A stretch of 64,000 nt of DNA. It comes from Orbicella franksi (Eukaryota). Below are positions 14,301-26,300 of this stretch, in pieces. Each line of letters begins with the position of its first letter. The stretch's first letter is position 1. Location of the stretch: the NCBI GenBank assembly GCA_964199315.1, contig OZ116703.1, positions 22,072,001 through 22,136,000 on the forward strand. The letters run 5' to 3'. The notes under the pieces are model-generated. The model was not told where the DNA came from, did not search any database, and saw nothing but the letters and a program-made list of their open reading frames with translations. A program made the position numbers and the translations under genes.

Positions 14301-17300
14301 ATTGCCGTGAATGATTTCTCTCTTTGCTAAGAGAACTACTAATCCACAGTTAACGAAAGCAAATAAGTGTTCCAGAACTCACTCTGTCAGATGTTTTGTT
14401 TGCACAAACATAGGTCAACTGAATAGTTCATAAGGTTTGCGGTCAAATTAAGATAAAATTGCTAGTTTGTATCCGAGGGTCTTGAATTTTCTAATAGCTA
14501 TTCAACCAGTGATCGATTAGCATACCATCCGGAGGAGGGAGGGGGGGGGGGGGGAGAAATACTCCCAGTCGCTTTATGCTACAGAAACAAGGATAAGCTC
14601 CGGCCTGATGGGCCACTTGCCTGGAGCAGACTTCACGTTTTTGCTTTTATAAAACCGAGAGGTAACCGTCATTGGCGTGAGTGTCAGGTCAATTAAGCAA
14701 GCATTGTGTTTATGAAAATCTAAAAGGCTGCCAATAACTTGGCAGACGTTTTGGTCGCGGTATATGGGGACATTTAGCTATATTATAAGTGCACTGATCG
14801 AAAATAAATTAGCACGTTCATAGTTATTAGTTCATCTAATGCTGTCAAAAGGAAAAACAGTGAACCAAATGAAAACGGTTTATTAAAAGCCATCTAGAAA
14901 ATTAATCCATTGCACACCTGGAAACTGCTACAAGTTTCATCTGCTGATAACCTCTAATTTATGTTATGCCAGTGAAAGACACAATACGGCCAGTAGAACT
15001 GCTTATTCTTACAAGAAGGTCGTAACGTATTCATCATTATATCATTATTCTAATATATATGACAAAATTTATTCCAAGCGATTTTTCCTTTCTTAAATTA
15101 TAAAACTACCATTGCCGAAAAATTTCAAAGGTCACCCAGCTATACATCTCACTGAGTCAGTTTAACACGATCTCGTTTCTCTTCAGGAAGCTAAGTTAGA
15201 CTGTTCGTAGTTCATAATATACAAAAAAGGCGTTTATCAACAATAACAACAATGAATGTGGGGAATATATGGCATAACACTGCCGACCCTAAGATAAGTG
15301 GGATACGCGATTTCTGAGCAAGGGCATGTTCCGCAGTATGTCCATGATAGCGTGTCGAATGTGTCTCATCTTCCAGCAGTAAATTACTGGGTTCAACGAT
15401 GAGTTAAGATACACGATCGTCCATGAATAAAACCAAAAACTCTTCAATGAGAAACTGGGGCCATTTATTTCAAAGGCAACCAAACTGGTAAGGTAGGGCA
15501 AGTAACAAATCAAAAACACGAGATATACATAGAATATACCGACTGCAGATTTCATGAGACTAACAAAATTTCCCATTTCGCCAGTCTGTACTGCTTGTTG
15601 TATTTGCTGGGCCTGAATCTGATTCCTAAGGCGTCGAACGGTTAAATACAGTCTGATGTAAATCATTGTTGTAAGCAAGAGATAAAGAAGTCCAAGAGTA
15701 AAGATGATAACTGAGTGAACATCGAATGGCAACCAAAGCAGCATCAAAGCCTTTGATGCTGCTCCGGGAAAAATAACACTAAGCAGCCATATTGAGATCA
15801 CCACAGCAACAACACGCTTGTGAGTCACAAGTTCCTGATATCTGAGATGAAGATGAATTGCGAAGAACCTGTCTACACTTAGAGCCACAACACCTAAGAA
15901 CGAAGCAAAACAAAATGATAACGAAATAATCGAAAAAGCCATATATGTGTTGCAGCCAGGAGGATTCTGATGTAACCACTTGACCGAAAGGAAAATGTAA
16001 AATGGGTGAACTAGTAAACCAACACCAATATCGGACACAGCAAGACTCAGGAGCAATGTTTTTAAAGTCTTTGGCAACGACGCAGTTTTTCTTATCGCGT
16101 GGATCGTCACAATATTCATCATAATGGCAGTATAGGACAGAAAACTGTTGAAGAGACAATTAGCAATGTAAGTCGAACGAAGCTCTTCAGCATCAGAGGC
16201 TTCCGGAAAGTGTTGCATCAAAAGTTCACAAAGTGATTTCTTCATGGCAACTCACTCTCGTTTCCGAAGATGTTTTACCTAGCTAAGATAGCTTCCTTTC
16301 TTAATGCCACGGACCAACTGACTAATAGGCTGAAACCTCGATAAACGAAGATAGTGTTCAGGAAACCGTTCAGACTGTTGGCATAAAACTGAATGATTTA
16401 TGGTGTGCAATGTTAAATTAAGATTAAACTGCTAATTTATATGCAGGTTTTGAATTAACAGCTGCTCGGATTAAAACAGAGATAACATCAACAGTCTGTG
16501 TGAGCCATACTAAGCATGTGATCTGCTTGTTTTAAAAAACAACAAAATATATCTCTTATTTGCACCTTTCAGAACCTCTACATTTGTTAAATAGGCATAA
16601 TCAATAACAATTTGATATAATACTACTGAGGGAAGATCCTTCGTCACATGCTTAAGGAGTTGGCTGAAAATAAGTTAAGTAGTGTATAGGAAAAATTCAT
16701 TTAAGAGGAAAAAAAGCATGACAAAGAAAAACAAAAGGAAGTCTTTAAAAAGCCGCTTAGTATGATTATCGATGGCACAGGAGTAAATTGCTGTCCGTTT
16801 TTAATGTGCCGCGCATGTCCAAAGGGCGAGGTAATTTTCCAGCAATGCCGCATTGTTTGAACGAATCAGTGCTATATGAAGAGTAAATAAACAATAGCCT
16901 CCATTTAGCACGAAAATATGCTCGGATATTTGTCCGCGGACATTATCTCTTCCGAGAAGCGAACAGTTTTCCGAGAGCGTAGCTCGAGGAAAACTTTGAG
17001 CTTTGAGGAACAGATAATGTCCAACGACAAATATGTGAGCATATTTTCATGCCAAATGGAGGCTATTGTGTTTATTATCCTTCAAATATTTTTCGCAACA
17101 CGCACGGTTTTGAAAATTGGAGAATATCCCCGAATATTGCCCAGTTTTAGCTGGGGAATATTCGGTCACGAGACGCATTTAGACCAATCGCGCGCGAGTA
17201 AAAATATTTGATGGATTATAATGGCTGAAAATAGTAAGGTCAGAGGGCCCACATGTTCACTACCATCTTGGTACCATTTAGTAAACAAGATTATAAAAAT

Positions 17301-20300
17301 ACGTACTGAACATACTTGGACGTTAAATAATAAAATAAAATAAAATATAATAGGCCTAAGGTTAAAGGCGCATAGAAAAAATTCATGGATATTCTTTGAA
17401 TAGAGTCAAAAGAAAAAAAACTGAAGAAAAACAAATCAATTTATAACAATACGATTATTCATTAACTTCATCACGCGACGAACCTCGTTGAACGACACTA
17501 CAAGCTTCTTGCCTTAAAGTAAGCCGGTGTCACCTGTAAATTGCTGCCAGTTTCATGTGCTGTATGAGGACTGACATCTGGCAGATGTTAGTCCTCGCTT
17601 TAAAGGTCTATTCCATCATGGCGTCTGTCGTGGCTGAAAATAATCCTGAACTGTTTTACGGCCCTTGCAAACGAGGAAACGTTGTTGCGCAACATTGTAC
17701 GAAAGCAATGTTTCCCTACATGTTTCCCCTTGAAGGTTTCAGAAAATGTTTACCCATTTGCGAGCCGAAGAAACAATTTTAGCAAAAAATTTTCGCTTGT
17801 TTGCGGGGGTCCTTTACAAACATTTCTAAAAAGTGACTCTGTACCTTGTGCAGCCGGTGACCTGTCATCCTGTGGTTTAACAGCTTGTGGATTTTTAACT
17901 GCCTCATCTTTGACTTCCTCTGAAGCTAAAATACAAGGAAGGGCATCATTACTACGGCAGTTTCCTAACGGCTGCCTGTGTGTCTGCCCTAAAGCCAAAG
18001 TCAAAACTGTTCAATCACTATAGCGCCAGGAATTATGACGAAACAATGACAACTACAAACAAAACCATTTGTAACTAGTGGAAGCGCGGGAAAATTCACG
18101 TTGTTAGCGAGGGAGATCAAACCACCCTTGGGCTAACACAAGTTATTTTCTTGGAAAGAACCGTTTCTCTCAGGCTGGTGAATTGTCGAGGAAACCTGAT
18201 GAATGGAATGCGTAATTTGTGATGGACTACATGTACACTGAGTATTTTATCCAAGGAAAATATCAACACTTATGCAAACTTCAGACCTCACTTTTACAAA
18301 CAAATTTTAAGCAAACTCCTTTAAGCTGAAGGCATAAAACGCGTGTTTTAGTTGCAGGGAGAATTCAATCCTAATTCTGAAACGGTTCAAAATTTTAAGT
18401 CCCCACCATTACTAGTTGTTTCTCTTCTAGTTGGCTTGTTCCCTTCTGGTGGTTTCTTGTTATCATCCAAATACGATCCATTGATGTTCTCATCTTTTTC
18501 ACCTCTCTTTGCCAGCCTTCTGCCTGATCTTTCACCCGGAGCTGTAGAGGGTCGCTCACTTCCAAACAATTCGTCACCAAGTCCCAGATCATCTGAAAAC
18601 CTCACGGAGCGCTTGGTGGAGCCGGGAGCTGTGTCTGGTCTGGCCAGACCCCCTCGGCTGCGTGACTGGCTGCTGGAGGCTGCAGAAGGCATGTAGCCTC
18701 CAAACTGAAACGACTCCTCAGATGTAGGACTTGAAACTGTAAAACAAGAAAATTCATCACGGTAATGTGATCAGCAGGTTTACAGGCAAATTTTTCAGCA
18801 CCGCGCAAAGAAATAGAACGTGAAAACGTGACTTAAATCGACCTGACAACAGGTTAATACAGAAAAAAAATGAGAATAAGAGGAGTATACCCAAGAAACA
18901 CTCGTGAAAGTTTTGGAAAACTCGAAAAAGCTGTGGAAACAATCGCCTGTTGGCTTGTGTTCGCACAGCATTTCTCGTTCTCCCAAACTTTTACTCGTGT
19001 TTCTATAACTCGATAGGAACACGGAACATGTTTTCCGTTTCTTAATCAATATTGAACATTGACGTGGGGAGGAAAGGGAAATTAAAGCTGGAGAGAGATT
19101 TATCAACCTGTTGCAAAGTGTCCAAACTAATTGTGACAAGAATTAAAGCAATTACAAACGAAAATAATTATGTACAATCATGTTACAGTGGAATAATGAT
19201 ATTTCGACCACCAACAGTCCACCAAACGCAGGTCTTGTTCTCGGGTCTTATTAACGGAGAGGCCACAATCAATGGTTACTTTATACATGTAAATATAACA
19301 GAAACTGACTGACTTTAAAGTCGCCTTCCTTCAGACCACTGGAAAGTTGCCGAAATAACAAGGTGGTCGTAAGACAAGGTTCTGCTGTATTGGTGGTTTG
19401 CAACCAATACCGAGAGTTTCAAATGACAAAGGCCGAGCGGCCTTCGTGGATGACACAAACAAAAGAGGTTAGTTAGAAATCTTTCGTTAATGTCATCCAC
19501 TACGGCGGCGATGATGTCCCGTGAAAACCAAGAACACCTGTACATAAAACAGGGTTCACGAAAAGTACCATCAAGACCCCCGGGACAAGTAGATTTTTCT
19601 TCGGGGCAAGTAACTTTTCCTTGTCACTTGTCCGACGGTCAAGGGCTTACAGAAAGTTGTTTGCCAGTTAAGTCATACAAAGGAAAGCAAAAACAAGCAT
19701 TCCATTGCGCTGGGCAAGCAAAATCTGAGAGCTACTAGTCCGAAGGAGGGGAAACTGGAATTCAAATATTTTTCGAGCCCTGTTAAACATAAACAACATG
19801 AGTTGTAGAAAGATTTCCCATTGCCATATTCCGTCATACCTTTCTTACTTGCTGTACTTCCAGCAGATGACTTCCCACTGATGTTGGCCATGAAGTCATC
19901 CAGTGACTTAGGAACTTGCTTTTTAGGTTCATCTTTCTCTTTTTTACCCAAAAGTTCACTGAAACGAGAATTCTTTGAGGGACTGTCACTTCTGGTCTCT
20001 GTTTTAAAATGTAGAGGGAAATAATCTAAAAGTGCAGTCGAGTAAAGTTCAGATTAAGGATGATACCTACAGTACCTTGAGTGCACAGACTGCTCTTTTT
20101 CACACGGGGAGGGGCAGGGTAGAATTCCATGCATGTAGGTACACTACTGCTCAGAACTAAGCGAATCAAAATTCGCATTAGTAACGCGTTCACAACCCGA
20201 AGGGGTTAACGAGCGCGCGTTTTGCTGCGTATTATAGCGCTGTAATGTAAACGCATTAGTAATTGTATGAGCTTGGTTATTGTTCGCTTCTTTTGTTACT

Positions 20301-23300
20301 TTGTGAAAGGAAGTTAACGACCTTTTCTTAAGGCAACATTCGGTATGAATGTCATGTGTTTTCAAGGAGTAGACAAGTTCTACTTCTTTCGTACCGGCTG
20401 TATGCAGGCAGGCCAGTAGGCCCTCAGGCGAATCGGTCAGTTGTTCGATGGTCAGTCAGTTGGTAGGTACAACATAGGTAGGTTGGTAGGTATGTAAGTC
20501 AATCAATCAATCAATCGGTCAATCAGTCAGTTGCTCGATGGTCACTCAGTTGGCAGGTACAACGTGGTAGGTATGTAGGTCAATCTGTCAATCGGTCAAT
20601 CGACTAGATGGCCAGTTGGTCGGGAGGTAGAATGCTTGTGCAATGGTCTGCGGTTTTAATTTTACTAGCACTGTTAACAAGGTCCGACAAAGTAGACGGA
20701 CAGTAAAAAGAATAATTAAGTACCTGTGCCAGGCAGATCATCGTCATCACCAAAAATATCCCCAGAGGACTCTTGACTTTTCTTTCTGTTGCTAAGTTCT
20801 GGCTTTGATCTTGGGGGTGGGGTGGGTGAGTCTCTCGGAGTCTTTTCAATAGAATCATTTAGACCAGGTAGATCTTCATCTGAATCAAAATTGATCTCAT
20901 CTTTGCTTGGCTTCGCTTTCCTGGCTGAAACCAATGATTGAAATAGTTAGCCAAATGTCAAACAAATTTATACCTGTCAGTCAAAAATGTATTAGACGGA
21001 CACCTTCAGGACCCTTGCTAGTGTCCGCTTAATACACTCAGAGTGTCCGTTGAAAACAGGTTCCCTCAGAATTCGTCTTGAAAGGGCCATATTAGTATTC
21101 GTCAGTTTTAAAAGGCCTTGAAAGGGTCAAATAACATTCTCGTAAGTATGCAGTAACCGTATCTATATTGATCGAATTATGTGAAGTTTCACAAAATCAA
21201 ACAAGCACAAAAGGTCTGTAAAAACTAAACCAAATAATAAAATACTGCATTTCTGTGACAGCTCTTTGTCGGCCAACTTAAATGGCCGATGTATTAAAAC
21301 GTGGACAAAAAAACATGCATCCTTTCTGCAGTGTCCGTTTAATACAGGTTTCTAACAACAGAAATGACCATACAAGTCAAGTTTAAGGTATCCATGTTCG
21401 CTTAACAGAGGAGTCTGTTGAACAGGGGTATTTTTTACAGTACATGTGGTAAAAAAAATTGGACTTGCACTGCTGTCTGCTTAAGACAGAGTGTCCGCTT
21501 AATATGGGGTCCGCTTAATACAAGTTTGACTTTGTTAACTGAATTGAATATATCATTGAATATCTTATTGTGCAAGTGTTAGTTACCAGCTGTCTTTCCA
21601 ATGCCTTTGTCTTGAGGAGATGCCTGGGAAGATCTCACATCTTCCCCCCTGCTATCTGGTGCAGCTGCTGGGGATCCAGGAGGGGAAGATACAGTTCCAC
21701 TTCCATCTTTGTCCCTCCTGACGGCAAGTTGATGTTCTGGTGTTACAGGAGGTGACGGTGAATTTGCAGGCTCTGGATTGGCTGATCGACGCCCTCTTGA
21801 GGACTTTGGCCTTTCTTCAGTGGAGTCTAGAAAATGTCAAGCCATGCCCAACAAATTGTTAGCAAAGTATTCTATTTATGTATGGCTGTGCATTAACTAG
21901 CTACATGTACACGGGTAGCACACCTTGTCTGGATATCCCTGATGAGCCAGCTTTCTTGGCAGTTGTGGACTTTTTAGGTTTTGGTTTTGGATCATCATCT
22001 TCATCCGACAAAAGACCAGCTAAGGGATCATCTTCATCAAATTCTGTAAGATACATGTACAGTGTCGTAGTTAAAGCACATTAAATACATTGGAACCGCC
22101 GCAATATTCAGCTGGTACGAAAGAATTAAAACTTGTCTACTCCTTGAAAACACATGACATTCATACCGAATGTTGCCTTAAGAAAAGGTCGTTAACTTCC
22201 TTTCACAAAGTAACAAAAGAAGCGAATAATAACCAAGCTCGCACATACTAATGCGTTCACTTTATTTAACACGCTACAACGCGAAGTCAAAACGCAGTCT
22301 AACGCAGCAAAACGCGCGCACGCGTTAACCCACTTGCGTTATTAACGCGAATTTTGGTTTGCTTAGTTCTGAGCGGTACTGTACTGTCATTTTAAGCCGT
22401 GCTAGCTCTTTTGGGAAAGGCAGTCACCCACTGTAGTGGCTGCATGTAGCCAGTTTAATTCAGGGACGAGTAGTCTAGGTTCGATCTGCATCAAAACTAG
22501 TCAGCCTGCTCCCTGAACTATGTTCTTGACGAGAGACTTCACTCTCAAAGTGCAAAATAACTAATAAACAATACGTTTATTTATAAGATTTTTTAGTGTG
22601 TAACACTGCTGTAATTTTATTGAGTCTTGCAGTATTTTAGCAAGCGCATAGCCCGCAGGATGAGTCAAAATACAAATGACAATTTAAATTGCGCTGGGAT
22701 ACTACACACTAAAATGTCTTATTTATATTTAAGAAATTTACTATCCAACTTTTTAATTTTCCTTTACTGAAAACAAAACTTTGAATTGTTTTTTTTTGGT
22801 CATGCAAGCTCAGGAGGATTACAACAAACCTGCTTCCGAGAGTAAATACCACAGGAATATTGGTATTGAAAATATTGTTTGAACACTATGGAGGGGAGAT
22901 GGACACTAATGTACATGTGTGGAATGTTATTGTGAAGTTGGATAGATGACATTCAAAACTACATTTCAGACTCATTTATAATCCATCAAGTTTAAACAAA
23001 GGAAAACATGACCGTGATGGTGTTGGGATATCTGATCGAAATTAGCATAGATTTTTACGACTTGAAATCTCCGTTTGCTCCTTAGACTTAGCTTCAATTG
23101 AGAAGATATATCAAACACTCGAGACAGTGTTTGACCACATTTCCAAACACCTCAAAGCTTTGCTGAGCATCGTATTATCGACTCTCTTCTCGGTGTTTGG
23201 AAATGTGGTCAAACACGGTCTTTCGTGTTTGATATAATTTACTTACAAAACTGCAAGAAAACAGCACACTCACCTCCAAAATCAAACTTTTTTCTTGGTT

Positions 23301-26300
23301 TTTGTGTTTCTTTTGGTTTAGTGGCAACAGCACCAGAGTCTTGTTTGGTGTCTTTTTTCTCACCAGCTGTATATTACATTAAATAATTGTTTAACATGGC
23401 ATTTAATTCTTTCTGATTTTAGAACGATCAATACTTATTACCAAATGGAGTAAATGTTCCACTAAGGTGAACAAAATAACACAAAAAACACAGTTAAATG
23501 ATAATTTTCTAGTCACTGTGTATGCGTTTCTCAAACAAAGGATCAAAATTTGAGACTAAAAGTCTGCCTTCAAAAAATTCAGACCAAAGATCTGCATTAA
23601 AAATTGAAATAGAAGTTATTTGCTTCATTTTTTTAGTAACATTTTTTAACATGAGCCTTTAGCAAGGGGGATTGTGAAAACATTCCCCACATTTTTCGAC
23701 TTAATATAAAGTTACTATAAATACTACTAATATTAACATTATTCTATTATAATACTATTTCTTAACTATGCCAACTGGAACCAACATACTTTTTGCAGAG
23801 GATGGAGAAGAGCTCTTTGCCCTTGTGGAGTCTACACTAGGGGGTCGTTCATTATCAGTGTTTATCTTCTTTGGTTCTGATGCATTCTTCACAGATTTTG
23901 TAGGTTTGTTGGGTGTGGCCTTCTTTCCTAGGGATCCACCAAACAGATCTGACTCCATATCATCCAAACCCTGGAGAAAATAGAATCAAATTAGGTTATG
24001 TGCACATGATTCAGACATGTAGTTGAGCTTTCTTGGAAACTGGATTGTAAATTCTGAAAGAGTCACTCCCAAATTATTGTCAGTGCGAGGTATGAAGATT
24101 AAAACCTGTTAATCTCAAGATTCTTCGAGTTGCTTAATTGAGTGAAGTCACTTTTAAACAAATCAACTAGATTGTTGTGTTTTACACACTCAGAGAATCA
24201 TAAATCATAAGACTCAAGTAGAAGCGCATGGACATTTTCTGGTGTCATTTCTATGATCTGTAACAGTGTAGACCATGACTCAGAAAAACGTACAATGTAG
24301 TCCACTAGTTTGTTATTATTGGAAAGCTTTTTCAACTTACTGGAAATAGAAAATTCAGTCTGAAATGCATTTGCATGGCCCTTTTTATCTGCCTGAAGTT
24401 CTCTGTCTAGTCAGAAATTTTCCCTCAAATATCAAATTTCAACTGGTATCCATTTCTCAAAATAAAATTGTTTTCTGAAAGGGCATGTTACGAGAATCCT
24501 GCCAGTTATTCCAGTTGAAGACTAAAATACTAAATATTATGATTCTGCATACACTGTATCACTTAAAGACGTATAATAATTTATATCAACAAATGTATGG
24601 AACACTCACAGCTAGGCTGTCAGCCATTTTCTTGGCATCTGCTTCACAGAGTGACTGCTTGAAGATATACAATTCACAAATGAAGGTGGAAATAATATAG
24701 TTTTGATAACAATTTTGTTACTATGCAACCTGTCAAACGAAGGTGAGAAAACTGATTTATTATTATAGGCATTCTCTTGTCAGATATAGCCTTTGATGGA
24801 CATGGCCTTGCATAGTTCCTGTACAGCTTTCTTCAAATAAGTGTTTGAGGTGTACTACTGGATTACAGATACAGACACTGTTAGTACATGTAAAATATGT
24901 ATCATACGTTGAGTGTCTAGTCATGCAAAACAAGTCTCATCTTTGGATACAAGGGTCTTGTCTCATGAGATGAGACTCTCCTCTCAGAAGAGAGGGTGGT
25001 AACTTACTTTTGAGTGGTACTGTATTTATTTGAGAATACAATAAATGTAATTAAAACTGAACTAAAATGATCACCTCGTCAGGATCATCATCATCATCAA
25101 AACCATCTCCTGCCATCTGTGCCAAACTGCTATAGAAATCTTCATCTGTAGCACTGACAACAAAAATTACACACAGTCGCACTGTTAGCAAAACTACATG
25201 ACTGTAGCTGTTTGGATACCAATGAAATTAGCTAACAATTTTATGAAGTGATTGACCTACAAGCATACTTGAAGTGCATTTATTTAAAGAGGCAAAAGAA
25301 ATGAACAAATGATTGACAGTAAAATTCAAAGGGTGGTGAAGGACTCTCTAGAGGGACACTGAATGTTCCATTTGATAAACAAGTGTAATGAGGGGTGGAG
25401 CCAAAGAGGGAGTATCCTTCAGGGTGGAGAAAATGACAGATGGCACTCGGAGTACCATCTTGTAATGTGACATCAACAGATCAAGACATTTACACTTATT
25501 GTGGGATAAATTGTTTCAAGATACACAGTCTGTGACATATCTCCTTTACTTGAAACTTCTCAGAGGTGACAACATGCAGTTTTCACTAAGTAACCACTTT
25601 GACATTATAGTTCATTCTTAAATAGGTGTCACCTAAGGGAGGTTTAGGTCAACATTGTACTTTCAATATTTATCATAAATTCACATACCCAGAAGTTAAA
25701 GATGCTTTCTTGCCAGGAGCCTTGAAAAAAGATAAAGGAAAAAAATAAACATGTTTTCAAAGTCTCTCCAGTTCCCATAATGCTAATGAGGCAAAATTTT
25801 GACCCAATATGGTCTAAGCTCTTGTAAGCAACCACTTCCATAAGTGACCACCTAGGCTTAACATTTTGGGTGGTCACTTAAGGGAGGTTCCACTGTAGTT
25901 AATTACATGTATGATGTGACAATAAATGCAGAATAAATAACTAGTAACCAGGCAATGGGAAAATAACAAATATTGCTAATTACAGGGTGATGAAAAAAGA
26001 AACATTTTCATTTTCAAACATATCTGAATAGCCACTGAACGATTGGCATGAGAAATTTGCCTACGGAATGAGGGTTCTACCCAACAAATATGAAGCACAT
26101 CCTTGATTTTGAGCTGAAAAGGTGTTGGAGGTAGTATCTAGGGTGGAAAAACAATCTTCAGAACATAAAGCTCCACAGCTTTCCAAGACTTCAAGGATGT
26201 GAAAAGTGTGGAAATTTTTGACAGTGAAAAGGTGCTCCTGGATTTGTATAGTGAGATGCTGTTGAGCTTCACCAACATGCACGTGTTGATGAGTTCTGGT

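Noticed and set aside
16245-17845. FBF1-GPCR chimeric protein by splicing
   Set aside because: Phase-1 splicing into the candidate acceptors of copies 1 and 3 gives an immediate TAA.
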